Assembly (NCBI GenBank): GCA_951406725.2 | Contig: OX597824.1 | Coordinates: forward strand, 21,018,001-21,082,000 | Direction of reading: 5' to 3' | DNA length: 64,000 bases | Origin: Octopus vulgaris | Lineage: Eukaryota | Shown: piece by piece, positions 50,951 to 63,761 of the stretch | Layout of the letters: every line of letters starts with the position of its first letter | Numbering within the stretch: position 1 is the stretch's first letter | Notes under the pieces: generated by a model | Told to the model about the DNA's origin: nothing | The model's input: the letters and a program-made list of their open reading frames with translations, nothing else | The model's database searches: none | Position numbers and translations under genes: made by a program

Positions 50951-51485
50951 ACAAAATTAAGGTTGAATATACCTGCTTAATTTCTTAATTTTAAGCAGAG
51001 GTAAGTGTCAATATTTCAATAAATAATAACAGTACGTCCTAAAAAATTCTCAAAAGCAATTCATGCAAGACTGGCAAATAAGCCAGGGTAACTTTTTCAA
51101 GGTTTAAAGCCAGGACCAAGTTTTCATATATGCTATGTTCAAAATTTGTTGAGTGAGATTTCATGGAATGGACTCCACAGCCAAACTATACTCACCAAAT
51201 CTCTTAAATACAACTTTATTATTTTAGATTCACTGATGAATACAGTTAACAGTGAAGCTGACTGTATAATGCCTTCTCAAATCTTGTTTATGACAAACTG
51301 GCACTCCGTCACTTACGACAACAAGGGTTCCAGTTGATCCGATCAATGGAACAGCTTGCTCGTGAAATTAACGTTCAAATAACTGAGCACTCCACAAACA
51401 CATGTACCCTTAATGTAGTTCTTAGGGAGGTTCAGCCTGACACAGAGTGTGACAAGGCTGGCTCTTCTGAATTACAGGTACTATA

Positions 51486-51850
51486 GGCGTAGGAGTGGTT
51501 GTGTGGTAAGTAGCTTGCTTACGAACCACATGGCTCCGGGTTCAGTCTCACTGCGTGGAAGCTTGGGCAAGTGTCTTTTACTATAGCCTCAGGCCAACCA
51601 AAGCCTTGTGAGTGGATTTGGTAGATGGAAACTGAAAGAAGCCCATCATTTATGTGTGTGTGTGTGTGTGTGTGTGTTTGTTCCCCCACCATCGCTTGAC
51701 AACCAATGCTGGTGTGTTTACGTCCCCGTAACTTAGCAGTTTGGCAAAAGGGACCGATAGAATAAGTACTGGGCTTACAAAGAATAAGTCCTGGGGTCGA
51801 TTTGTTCAACTAAAGGCGGTCTCCAGCATGGCCACAGTCAAATGATAAAC
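51486..51850 (+). mobile_element. SINE family A
   Basis: Family A consensus. Confidence 0.9.
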
Positions 51851-52960
51851 AAAAAAAAAAAGTTGGAAAATGAAATGGTGTTGAGATAAAAGTGTGTGTG
51901 TTTGGTGGTGGTGGTGGTGGGGAGGGTTACAGGACCCCATTTATAATAGAACTTTTGTTTAGCAGTCTTAAATAAATACTAGACTAATATTGGCAGTTAA
52001 TGAAATACAAGTTATTATCAAAGAAAAAACTGCCGTGTGCGGAATATTTTAAAATAAAGATTTCAATTCAACAAGTGAATCGTAAACGAAGCGACAAATT
52101 AGAAGACTCCGTTAAGCCGAGTGAAAATATGTTCAGAGAGCAAAAGATACAATGTCATGAACCATTGCACTTTAATTTATAACCTTCAAGTCATTAATAT
52201 TCAATTAGTTGGATTTTGGGTGTGCCCAGGTTTAATGGAGGTTACAGAAACTTTTTAAGAGGAGATATTTTAGAAATGAAGAAGAAAAAAAAGAGCAGAT
52301 TATTATAGCAAGTGTGAAATAACAATAGTGTAGCAAAAAGATAGTGAATTCAAGTATTGTGTTTAGACAACACAATGAACAACAGATGACACAGACAGAG
52401 AATGAAAATGTGTACTTTACATCTCAAGGCAACTTGAGAGGCACAGATGGAATAAACAATTAGTTTTACTATTTTCCAGTCTGGAACACAAATTGTTACC
52501 TTTGTTTAGTAACATTATATAAGTGTGTGTGTATGTATTATATTAATGATTATATACATAATTTATAACAAGGGATCGGAAAACAAGCCTCTCCACATGC
52601 TGAAAATAGATGCCAAATGATGCTTAAAAACAACCTTAGAAACTCCAAAAACAGGATTTTATTCTTTATTATATAAAAAATAAATATCATTTCACATCCA
52701 TTTTCCATGTTGGCATGGGTTGGACAGTTTGACTGAAGCCGGTGAGCGAGAGGGTGGCACTAAGAACCACTGTCTCTTTTGGCATGGTTTTTACATGGCT
52801 TTCCTAACACCAACCACTTTACAGAGGACACTAAATGATGATGATGATGATGGTGGTGATATATATATATATATAGGGAGAGTTTACGAAAAAAACAAAA
52901 GACGAAAACAGGTGGTGTACAAAACAGATGTATTAGTATAACGCTCAGGAATAGAAAAAG

Positions 52961-52998
52961 TCTTTTATGTTTCGAGCCTACGCTCTTCTACAGGAAGG
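52961..52998 (-). ncRNA. Hammerhead-like motif, variant core CUGUAGA (paralogue of 8797-8834)
   Basis: CCUUC CUGUAGA A GAGC-GUAG-GCUC GAAA CA UA AAAGA; stem I partly decayed. Confidence 0.45.
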
Positions 52999-55398
52999 GA
53001 CACAGAAACAACAGAAACAAGGAGAGAAAAAAATGTGTGTAGTGGCTAACGATCTATCATGGCGACTGCCATATATATTATATATATAACTCTAGAAATA
53101 CTGTAAACAAGTCAAATTTTTTCCATCTGGTCATTATTTGAAGGATAGAATATAATTTTCATTGCAAAAATGATAGCTGCCATCCATTTTAGCTAAAACA
53201 GTGATTTTATTTTTGGTCAAGAAATTCACTTGACAACCACAGGGTTTCAGAGTCAGTACCACTGGACAGCATCTTGGGTGATGCGCTTTAACTGTAGACC
53301 CTGGCTGATCAATGCTTTGTGACTGTATTTGGCAAACAGAAACTGTGTGGAAGCCTGCCAAATCTTATATATAATCAGCATTTTAGTGTTCTACTTTTCT
53401 ATGCTTGCATGGGTCACACAGAATTTGTTGAGGCACATTTGCTACAAGTGGAGGCCTGGTGTGTCACCAACCCTCACCTATTTCCAAGCAAGGTAACAAT
53501 TCCCCCATGGCTGAAGAAGATAGAAATGAAGGACACCACTTTATGCAAGTAATGCTTTTTCCAACTGTTGTGAGTAGTGAAAACAAAGAGGTACACACAC
53601 ACACACTGCTTTATTGATAATTCCGAATTATTACAACTGTCTGATGAACAGTTATAGAGAAATTCCAAGTAAAAGTTTGTGAAGAATTTTTTGGTTTCAA
53701 TAAAATAGTATTTTGCTCTACCTTTAGTATTTGAGTACTTTTTCCCACCTTGTTTTGCACCTGTGTGCTCATTTTTGTGTGTGCATGTATACACAGACAG
53801 ACAGACACACACTCACTCACATGGCAGATTTGCAGGAATGCCACATCAGATTACTTTGCTGTATCTGTTGTGGTTCTTCCTAATCCAGGTTCCAATGCTG
53901 TGACAGCCTTATTTCAAAAGTAGGACTTAATCCAACAACTGGCCTAACACCACCATCTGGAACACTGGAGTGCCTTTAGCAGAGTTCACTCTGTTGCATT
54001 TAGTCCAGGTCTTCTATTTGAAGATAACATCATCTCTCTCCTAATGCATAATGTTAGAATTAGACTGGCCGAAGTAGATAAGGTTTTACACTGCCAAACT
54101 AGTAGTTCTTGAATTTAAATCTTTATCTCTTCCCATTTAATTTTACATGCTTCAGGTCATATCGATGTCAGAAATAAATAGCAGACCTGAAAACATCTGT
54201 TCATCTCAAAATTAAGCCTTCACTGTTATGATCTAAGATTGAGAGACACAAGCCATTTTTCCTTTTTTATGTCGAAGGGTATCAAAATATACTGTCCAGA
54301 TTTACGTATTTGTGCCTGACAAATTAAAGAGCAATACTCCATTGAAGGCCTTACCAAAGTGTTAAAGAGTGCACATAATGTTGTTCCAAACTGGCTGAGC
54401 CTCTTAAAAATAATTTACAAAATAGTATTCTCAACTGAACAAAGACTCGTGATATGTGTATCTTTTTATTTCATTTACTAGTTTCAGTTGTTGAACTGTG
54501 ACCAAGCTGGGGCACCACCTTGATGGGTTTAGTCAAATCAACACTTGCTGTCAAGTGGTGGCAGTGGACAAAAAAAAATACAAAAAAGAAAACCAACAAC
54601 AATGGGCTTCTATGCGGTTTCCATCTATCAAATTCACTCACAAGGCGCTGGACAATCCAGAGCTATAGTAGAAGATACTCATCCAAAGTGCTGTACAGTG
54701 GGACTGAACTCAAAACTACATGGTTACAAAGCAAGCTTTATAACCACACAGCCATGCTTGCATGTGTGGTTTATGCTTCTTCCCTACATGTTATCAAAAC
54801 ATGCTTTTCAAAAGTCACACAAAGAAAACTGAAGTTCTTTGGCTTTCTGTCTTCAGAACCAATGTTTTCAAAGAAAGACAGAAAGAGAAAAACTTACAAA
54901 AAAAAAAAAAAAATAATAATAATAATAACAAAAACCCCAACATTCTTTGTTTTTAGTTAAAAGTAAATTTATAATGTCTAGCCAGCAAGCAAGCTGAGGA
55001 TGATAAAGTATACAAAACAAACAAACAAATGCAAACCTGTCGTGAGGCGTTTCATTGTACACAAAGTACATAAATTTGTACAGGTACACACTTACACAAT
55101 GCTTGTTTGAATCAGTTTTCTTTTATCTAGTTCTTTTCTAGATCTTTACTGATTTCTTTTTTATATATTTTTACTGTTGGTTTTTATCTTAGTTAACATC
55201 AAGAACTTTAGTATTATTATTATCATTACTACTGCTTTTTATTATCCCAATTCATTGCAACTATTCCTGTTTCAAGTTATACTCTTTTTTACGAAAGAAT
55301 ATTTGATAGTCTTCTAGCTAGTTTATTTGCTTAGCTCATCTGAACTCTATGACATCAGATTCACGAAACAAAATCCAGTCAGTTCTCTACTTGGACAA

Positions 55399-55813
55399 GG
55401 CGGCGAGCTGGCAGAAACGTTAGCACGCCGGGCGAAATGCTAAGTGGTATTTCGTCTGCCACTACGTTCTGAGTTCAAATTCCGCTGAGGTCGACTTTGC
55501 CTTTCATCCTTTCGGGGTCAATAAATTAAGTACCAGTTACGCACTGGGGTCGATGTAATCGACTTAATACCTATGTCTGTCCTTGTTTGTCCCCTCTGTG
55601 TTTAGCCCTTTGTGGGTAATAAAGAAATAGGTATTTCGTCTGCCACTACGTTCAGAGCTCAAATTCCGCCGAGGTCGACTTTGCCTTTCATCCTTTCGGA
55701 GTCAATTAAATAAGTACCAGTTACTCACTGGCGTTGATATAATCGACTTAATCCATTTGTCTGTTCTTGTTTGTCTCCTCTGTGTTTAGCCCCTTGTGGG
55801 TAGTAAAGAAATA
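55399..55813 (+). mobile_element. SINE family B head-to-tail dimer
   Basis: Second unit begins gtatttcgtctgcc after aaagaaatag; flanked by agttctctacttg at 55381 and ~55840. Confidence 0.9.
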
Positions 55814-56287
55814 TAAAGAGTATAACTATAAAGAAATAAGTTCTCTACTTGAACTTACCTACAAATTATTTCTGTACCATAAATCTCCAACATTCACATC
55901 TCTTCTGGACAAAATAAACAAACGTCTCACAGTCTCTCTTTCGTTTACATTCATCTTTTATTTGTTGCAGTCACTAGACTGTGGCCATGCTGGGGCACCG
56001 TCTTGAAGAATTTTTGGTTGGACAAATCAACCCCAGGTACTTATTCTATTGACCTCTTTTGATGAACAATTAAACCACAGAGATGTAAATAAACCAACAC
56101 TGGATGTTAAAAGGTGGTGAGGAACAAACACACACACACACACGACAGGCTTCTTTGAATTTCTGTTAACCAAATCTACTCACAAAGTTTTGGTCAGTTT
56201 GGGGCTATAATAGAAGACACTTTGGTCAAGGTGCAATCCAGAAACCTGAACCAAGGACCATGTGGTTGGCAAGCAAACTTCTTTTAA

Positions 56288-57374
56288 CTCTTTCGTTACT
56301 ATATTTCTGACCAAAATACACCCCTTATGTGTTTCAATTAATTTCTAACATAATCATAAATTTAGTCTGGTTTCATTAAACAATTATAACTTTTTTATTT
56401 ATCAATATATTAACGTGAATTTTGGAAGATAATTTAATGAAATGTTCTCAACCAATTCTATGCTATAATTTTTGTCACAAAGTGACTCTAATTGCAGGTA
56501 GATACAGGTAAATTCAACAAAATATAAAATTATTAAAATTTTGTTCAAACATCGCTATAGAAAATGGGTTATTAGCTAATATTCAACTGGGTATACAACA
56601 AAATTTTACGATAGAATTTGTCATTCTGGGTAACTTTCTGATACCCATAATAATATTTATGGCAAAATAGTCTTAATTTCATTTAAGGTTATGGGAAACC
56701 ACTAACTATCCTTTCTTTCGTTTTGTTTACATTTAGCGTAACGGTTCGTTTCCGCCGTAATGAGTTCAAATAGACTCATTCGAAAAAGTAAAAAGAAATA
56801 GTCTAAGGCTTTACTCTTCTGGGAAAGTCTGTGACTTGGTCCAGTTTCTTCAGAAAAATCACCGAAAGAAACAGTTTTTAAATTTTCACTCCATTCAGGT
56901 GCCAATTCATTTTCTTTATCGCTGTTGGAGCTCTCGGATTCACTGTTTTCACTTTCGGAAAATGAAACATCAGATTCATTATCAAATACCACGTGCTTTT
57001 TTTTTTCAGTCATAGAGTTAGATTTATGAAGGTCTTCAGTAGAAAATCCTTCGAATTCTGACTCACTGCTTGATATAATGAAATTCGTATCCATTTTTTG
57101 TCAGAATTACAAATTTTGAAAACACAATAGGAACAAATTTCGGAAAAAAATCTCCCAAAATTCACGGAACTAAAATTACACTTCGATTGTTGTACAAAAC
57201 TGTAGCTGAACTGTTTACGAAGTATAATCACGTGTTTTCACGAATGTACTAAAAAGATTTGCTCTGATATTCTCATTTAAATATGAATAGGTAAATACGG
57301 GTGGGTTTGGTCGGTTTGGTCACATTAACCAAAAGTTTTTTCGGGCGGCTTGGGGCGGTTTGGTAACGAAAGGG
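56288..57374 (-). mobile_element. Internally deleted piggyBac transposon (1087 bp)
   Basis: TTAA on both sides; TIRs CTCTTTCGTTAC / GTAACGAAAGGG; contains a transposase N-terminal ORF. Confidence 0.9.
56702..57094 (-). pseudogene. Truncated piggyBac transposase (N-terminal 130 aa, no DDD catalytic domain)
   Basis: Acidic Ser/Glu-rich N-terminus, then W..GP..LDYFFLLFRMSLFELITAETNRYA, the start of the piggyBac DDE_Tnp_1_7 domain (F..FF......I...TN.YA). Confidence 0.85.
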
Positions 57375-57507
57375 TTAAATAACGATCTTATCCTTATTTA
57401 TATAAATTTATATATGTATAAATTTGTATATATTTATATATATATGAGTGTGTGTGTGTGTGTGTATATTGATATATATATATATATATATATATATTGA
57501 TATATAT

Positions 57508-57784
57508 ACTCTTTTACTTGTTTTAGTAATTTGACTGTGGCCATGCTGGAGCACTACCTTTAGTTGAGCAAATTGACTCCAGGACTTATTCTTTGTAAGC
57601 CTAGTACCTATTCTATCGGTGTTTTTTGCCGGACTGCTAAGTTATGGGGACGTAAACACACCAGCATTGGTTGTCAAGCGATGTTGGGGGACAAACACAG
57701 ACACACAAACACACACATACATACACAACAGGCTTCTTCCAGTTTCCGTCTACCAAATCCACTCACAAGGCTTTGGTCAGCCGA

Positions 57785-57786
<2 letters not shown>
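57508..57786 (-). mobile_element. SINE family A, 5'-truncated at a (CT)n(AT)n tract
   Basis: Family A 3' two thirds. Confidence 0.85.
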
Positions 57787-57857
<71 letters not shown>

Positions 57858-58051
57858 ATCACCATCATCCTTTAACATCCATTGTCAATGCTGGTATGTG
57901 TTGGACAGCTTGACCAGAGCTGGCAAGCTGTGCCAGACTTCCGTCTGATTTGGCATGGTTTCTACAGCTGTATACCTATCCTAATGCTAACCACTTTACA
58001 GAGTGTGCTGGGTGCTTCTACATGGCACCACATGATGCCATATATATATAT

Positions 58052-58390
58052 ATATATATGAAAGAAGGTTTAAAAATGCAATTTTAAAGATGTTTATTCA
58101 CTTGACTAGTTTCACTTTTTTAGAAAAAAGGTTGTCAATAGTAAAATGTAAAGCTTTGTATAAGCTTTGTTGTGATAAGTACCAGTTGTCACAAGAGTAT
58201 TAAAATACATATATACATTCTATGATATATATCTATTTTAATACTTTTGTGACAACTAGTACTTATCACAACAAAGCTTATACAAAGCTTTACATTTTAC
58301 TATTGACAACCTTTTTTCTAAAAAAGTGAAATCGGTCAAGTGAATAAACACCTTTCAAAATTGCATTTTCAAACCTTCTTTCATATATAT
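58052..58390. repeat. Long palindrome (~165-bp arms, ~10-nt spacer) beside a (TA)n tract, Penelope-like
   Basis: 58052-58215 mirrors 58226-58390 with scattered mismatches; each arm has a hammerhead-like motif. Confidence 0.95.
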
Positions 58391-59395
58391 TTCCACTCGC
58401 GCAGTACCTTACAACTTCACTTTGTTAAAGCAAAAAAGAATTATTGGGTGTGTGGTTACAAAGTTAGTTTTAAAACCATGTGGTTTTGGGTTCAGCCTCA
58501 ATGTTGAGCCCTCGGTGTTTTCAACTATAATCCCAGACCTTGAGTGAATTCGGCAAATGGAGATTGTGTGAAACCCTATAGTGAGTATGTATCATCAGCT
58601 GTGTCTGTGTCTGTGTCATTATTTGACAACTTGTTCATGCTCCCTCTCATAAATAAGTGGTTTGATAAAAGAGAAAGAAAAAGACTGATAAAATATACAT
58701 ATACCAGACACTTCAACATAAACTGATAAGGGTTACTGAGTCAACTTGATAGACTTATATCTTCAAAGGCCACAATCCTGAAACCAGTAAAAACTGCAAA
58801 AGTAAGGGTGTGCCAAAACAATAACCCATTTTGTGAAAAAAAATTTTTTTTTTTTTTTAAACCTAATTCCTTTATATCCAATCTCTCCATAACCTGCAAG
58901 TTGAGTGTTCTTACAAACTTGATTCTTTTCAAGCTGAATTATTAATTTCTGGAGCAGTTTTACAGGTGAATGTTCTTCCTGCTGTTGCTAACTACTACGC
59001 CTCAAAAGAATATCTACTCTCAATTGGGTTACTGGGGTGGATTGACAGAAAAGCTACACATAGCGTCAGACAAAATGCCTGCACTATTTAAATACAGCAA
59101 GTTCAAATCCTGCCAAAGTTAGCTTTGCCATTTGTTCTGTCTGCAATTGATAAAATAAAGTACCAATCAAATACTAAGCTCGTTTCAAGTGTATTTCAGT
59201 ATAATATTAAGACTAAGCAGAGATATCTTTTATCTTCTACTTTATCTTTTACTTAAGTAAATAAACTGGCCCAGTACTTCTTTTGCTTTAAGTCCAGTAC
59301 TTCTTCTATCAGTCCCTTTTGCTGAACTGCTAAGTTACAAGGACATAAACAAACCAACACCAGTTGTCAAATAGCAGGAGGAAGGACAAACACAA

Positions 59396-59447
<52 letters not shown>

Positions 59448-59653
59448 TGTGTCTGGGGAGAGTCATTCTCTTTGATGCCTTATTATTTAACACACTTACT
59501 GGTAAAGTTTCCACTCATTTATTTTTCCTAAAATTTTCATTGCCTCTTGCAACCTTTTCAATAGTTGACTGTCCATTATCTGAACTGCGTTCTTTTTGTT
59601 TGTTTGTGTGCAGTGTGTGGGTCAGAGTGCGCACATACATGTGTGTGCATGCA

Positions 59654-59687
<34 letters not shown>

Positions 59688-59697
59688 CACACACATA

Positions 59698-60093
59698 GGC
59701 GCAGGAGTGGCTGTGTGGTAAGTAGCTTGTCTACCAACCGCATGGTTCCGGGTTCAGTCCCACTGCGTGGCACCTTGGGTAAGTATCTTCTACTACAGCC
59801 TCGGGCCGACCAAAGCCTTGTGAGTGGATTTGGTAGATGGAAACTGAAAGAAGCCCATCGTATATATGTGTATGCGTGTGTGTGTTTGTGTGTCTGTGTT
59901 TGTCCCCGAGCATTGCTTGACAACCGATGCTGGTGTGTTTATGTCCCCGTCACTTAGCGGTTCGGCAAAAGAGACCGATAGAATAAGTACTGGGCTTACA
60001 AAAGAATAAGTCCCGGGGTTGAGTTGCTCGATTAAAGGTGGTGCTCCAGCATGGCCGCAGTCAAATGACTGAAACAAGTAAAAGAGTAAAGAG
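59698..60093 (+). mobile_element. SINE family A, full length
   Basis: Family A consensus with aagagtaaagag tail. Confidence 0.9.
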
Positions 60094-60194
60094 TATATAT
60101 AGTTAATCCAAAGAAAAAAAAACAGAATATACAAGAAAAAAATCACCAACAATTCACACATAAAACCCTAATTAACCCATTAATTTGGTGGTTC

Positions 60195-60324
60195 TTTTTT
60201 TTTTTCACATCCATTGACTCCTTTAGGCCATCCCATTATCACCCCACTCTTCTTCAAAGCCCTGCCACCCCGGATCTTTCCACTGCCCCCAAAGGGGCAG
60301 TACTGCCCATTTTGGGAACCACTG
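60195..60324. mobile_element. hAT-like MITE remnant
   Basis: Right end tttgggaaccactg (reverse cagtggttcccaaa) with subterminal ctgcccccaaaggggcag hairpin; left end unclear. Confidence 0.45.
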
Positions 60325-61800
60325 GGGAAGAGAATCAAAAATAATACAGTTAGGCATTTCAATCAGACAATCTAAGACCACCACCAAATCAATGCCTTAG
60401 AAAAATTTTGTCAAATTCAATTGTCTCAAACAGCAAAGAAATTAACATTCCAGGCTGGTGCAGTGCATCATTGAATTTCATCGATTCTGTATTTTACTCA
60501 GTCAAATGGTTTTGTTATGAAACCACAACGCAAGTGTTAATGACAAATTTTCGAATGAAGTACTTTCAGCCAATACACTGTTGTTATTAGTAATTTTTCA
60601 CTGTCTGATAGAAAACCTCCAGCATTCACTTTAAATAATAGAGAAGCTGAAGAGAAATAAAAGAAAACTACCCGAGAAAGAAAAATCAAAAAAGAAATGT
60701 TTAAGCAGTGAAATGGCTGAATCATTAAAAATGCTGATGGTTATATTTGCAGCCATCTCTGAGTTCAAATACTGCCATGGCTAACCCTGATCTTCATACT
60801 TCTAGGGATGATAAAATTAAATAGCAGTCAAATCCTGGGATTGATTCCTAATATTCATCATCATTGTCTAATGTCCGTTTTCCATGCTGGCATGAGTTGG
60901 ATGGTTCGACGGGGGTCTGGGAAGCCAGGAGGCTGCACCAGGCTCCAGTCTGATCTGGCAAAGTTTCTACAGCTGGATGCCCTTCCTAATGCCAACCACT
61001 CAGAGTGTAGTGGGTGCTTTTTTACGTGCCACCGGCACAGGGGGCTGGCATCAACCTAGATATTAATGGAATTATAATAGAAAAATAACTGAGTTGACCT
61101 CCTTATCATAGGCAATCGAACAATAGTCATCCAGCTGACAATGTAGAACTACTTTGTCCAATGTGTCCTTCCCTTACTTAAGATGACAAGATGGGATTTG
61201 AGAGAGATTTGGTTGCTATTTCTAGCAGACCAGGCAATTGCATAGAGGCTCCATTGTTGGCTCATAACTATTTAGGTTATTAATCACAGTGTAAATTGTG
61301 AGACATTCAGACTTTAAAAAAAAATCTTAAAGAATGAATAATTAGCCAAAAAGAATGAGTGAGTAATTAACGAGTTAACAAGAAATAATTATTAAGTATA
61401 CTGAAAAGCAAAAAAGCTTAGATATTCAGATGTCTTTGGCATTTAAAATGTAATAGCAGTGTTTTGTAGTTAATAACTTCACATTAATGAAATTTAGTAA
61501 TCACATTATTAAATCAATAGCTAAATTTTTCTCGACACTGGAACTATCACGACAGTAATAAAATACTTACACAACTAATATAGTACAATAAATAACTGAA
61601 ATACTTAATTTTTCTGATAGATTTAACATATGACACAACTTGAACACTATTTTACTCGGATGATTTCTTTCTCAGGCACGGAGAAATTTATTTTTATCAT
61701 TATCCACATTATGATGTTTGACCACAGGTCAAGCCTGAGCAGATCTAGAACCACTTAAGGTGTTCTACCCATGGCTATAGTTACAGTTGGATATTGCTTA

Positions 61801-62192
61801 TCATCATCATCATCATTTAACGTCCGCTTTCCACGCTAGCATGGGTTGGACGATGACTGAGGTCTGGCGAACCAGACTCCAATCTGATCTGGCAGAGTTT
61901 CTACAGCTGGATGCCCTTCCTAATGCTAACCACTCTGAGAGTGTAGTGGGTGCTTTTAAGTGCCACTGGCACGAGGGCCAGTTTGGTGGTACTGGCAACG
62001 GCCACGCCCAAATGGTGCATTTTATGTGCCACCTGCTAGTAAGGTGACACAGTAACGATCACACTCGAATGGTGTGTTTACGTGCCATCGGCACGAAGGC
62101 CAGCTTGTTGCTCTGGCAACGATCTCACTCGTATGGTACTCTTAGCGCTCCACTAGCGACGGATGCCAGTCACCGAGTTTGATTTCGACTTC
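61801..62192 (-). mobile_element. Family C retroposon, long subfamily
   Basis: Colinear with 1821-2258 apart from indels. Confidence 0.9.
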
Positions 62193-62626
62193 CACAGATT
62201 ATATTACCATTTAATACTTATTTGGTCAACAGCAGTGGACTTGTGTATGTGTCCGTATGCTATACTCACTGCTTAATTGCCATTGGCTCAACTTCAATGG
62301 CAACCTGCTGGGGTCTGCTTTTGACCAAATAAAACTTGCATGGCAGACACTGGTATGTGTTTCATTTCAGTGAATTCCGCATGGTACAAATGGCTCTTTG
62401 CCACAAAAGGATCTTGACTTGTACAAGGTTCAGAGATAGCCATTATGCATCACTCTTTTGGCTTATTCATTATGCTTATTATGATTGTCACCACTCCACC
62501 TCTACTGTGTGCAAGCTACATCAGCCTCTGTGGAAACTGAGCTCCAAGAATAAAGAGATGTTATTAAGTAACACAAGGCATTTAGTTCACCTGCTGCTCA
62601 ATCAATTCTACCAATCTACCACTTGT

Positions 62627-62937
62627 GGTGGAGGTACATGGCCTAGTGGTTAGAGCAGCAGACTCGCGGTCGAGGGATCGCCGGTTCGAATCTCAGACCA
62701 GGTGATGTGTGTGTTTATCAGCAAAACACCTATACTCCACGCGGCTCCGGCAGAAGGTAATGGCAATCTTCTGCTGACTCTTTCGCCACAACTTTCTCTC
62801 ACTCTTTCCTCCTGCATCTTGCAGCTCACCTGCGACGGACCGGCATCCCGTCCAGGTGGGGAACCTATATGCCAAGGAAATCGGGAAACCGGCCCTTATG
62901 AGCCAGGCATGGCTCGAGAAGGAACAAACAACAACCA
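62627..62937 (+). mobile_element. tRNA-derived SINE family D
   Basis: tggcctagtggttagagc A box, ggttcgaatct B box, (AAC)n tail. Confidence 0.85.
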
Positions 62938-63334
62938 CTTGTACTCCACCAACATACTAAGCAATCAGAAAGTGCAACTGACTACAAGTAAAAATGAAAG
63001 AGAAAGAAAATAAATGATTTTAGACTAGAAATGAAACTGAACTGGAATTCTTGAAAAGTGATAATTATCTTCAGAATATATTTTGCATTATTTAACCCTT
63101 CAGCTTTCAGACCCCTCTGTCAAATGTAATGCTTATTTATTCACACTGTTTTGAATTTGTCATACATTATCTCATGTCTTTGAGATGCAATTGTTTTTAG
63201 AATGACATAGTAAGGGTTGGTGAGAAGCCTGATCTGTGCAGTTTGAACAGAGAACAGGAAGAATATTTGGACCTGATATGGCTGGTTTGAATACGAATAA
63301 AGGGTTATATAGCAATTTAACAAGAAATAAATCT

Positions 63335-63761
63335 GGATCTTTTCGGTTTGAACGGCAGTTTTTAACATAATTTCTGGGTAACTAAAAAATTTTAAACTTC
63401 GTATACTGGTAGAATGTGTTTATAAAACATCTTTTTCTCTTGGCTTTATTGAGAAAATTCTATAGTTTGTAAGATATTTGTTGTTTTTTTTCTTCAATTT
63501 CTGCAATTTCAACCAATCACTGATGTCTATTGAGGTAAAAAACATTCTGTGCCATATGAATATGTCCCTCGTTTAAGAAACAGATTGGGTTTATTGACAT
63601 TTGTGAAGAAAAAAAGATACCCTTCTCCCCACCCCTAACCCTAACTAAACCTATCCCTAAAACAGATTGAAATGCAATAGATCGATATTAGGGTCATAAT
63701 TATGGGTGACAATTTTATATGACACCGCTAGAAAAAACTGCCGTTCAAACCGAAAAGATCC
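63335..63761. mobile_element. TIR element, same family as 21674-22074
   Basis: Perfect 29-bp TIRs GGATCTTTTCGGTTTGAACGGCAGTTTTT; interior colinear with the first copy. Confidence 0.9.

Noticed and set aside
55090-55160. Possible upstream non-coding PACSIN exon (minus-strand GTAAGT donor at ~55095)
   Set aside because: No convincing acceptor or promoter evidence; cannot be supported without transcripts.
62627-62700. tRNA-like sequence with A and B boxes (also ~23870-23942)
   Set aside because: No proper acceptor stem; continues into a SINE body and tail.
63630-63660. CCCTAA telomere-like units (also ~21960-21972)
   Set aside because: Only 2-3 units, internal to both MITE copies; not an interstitial telomere array.
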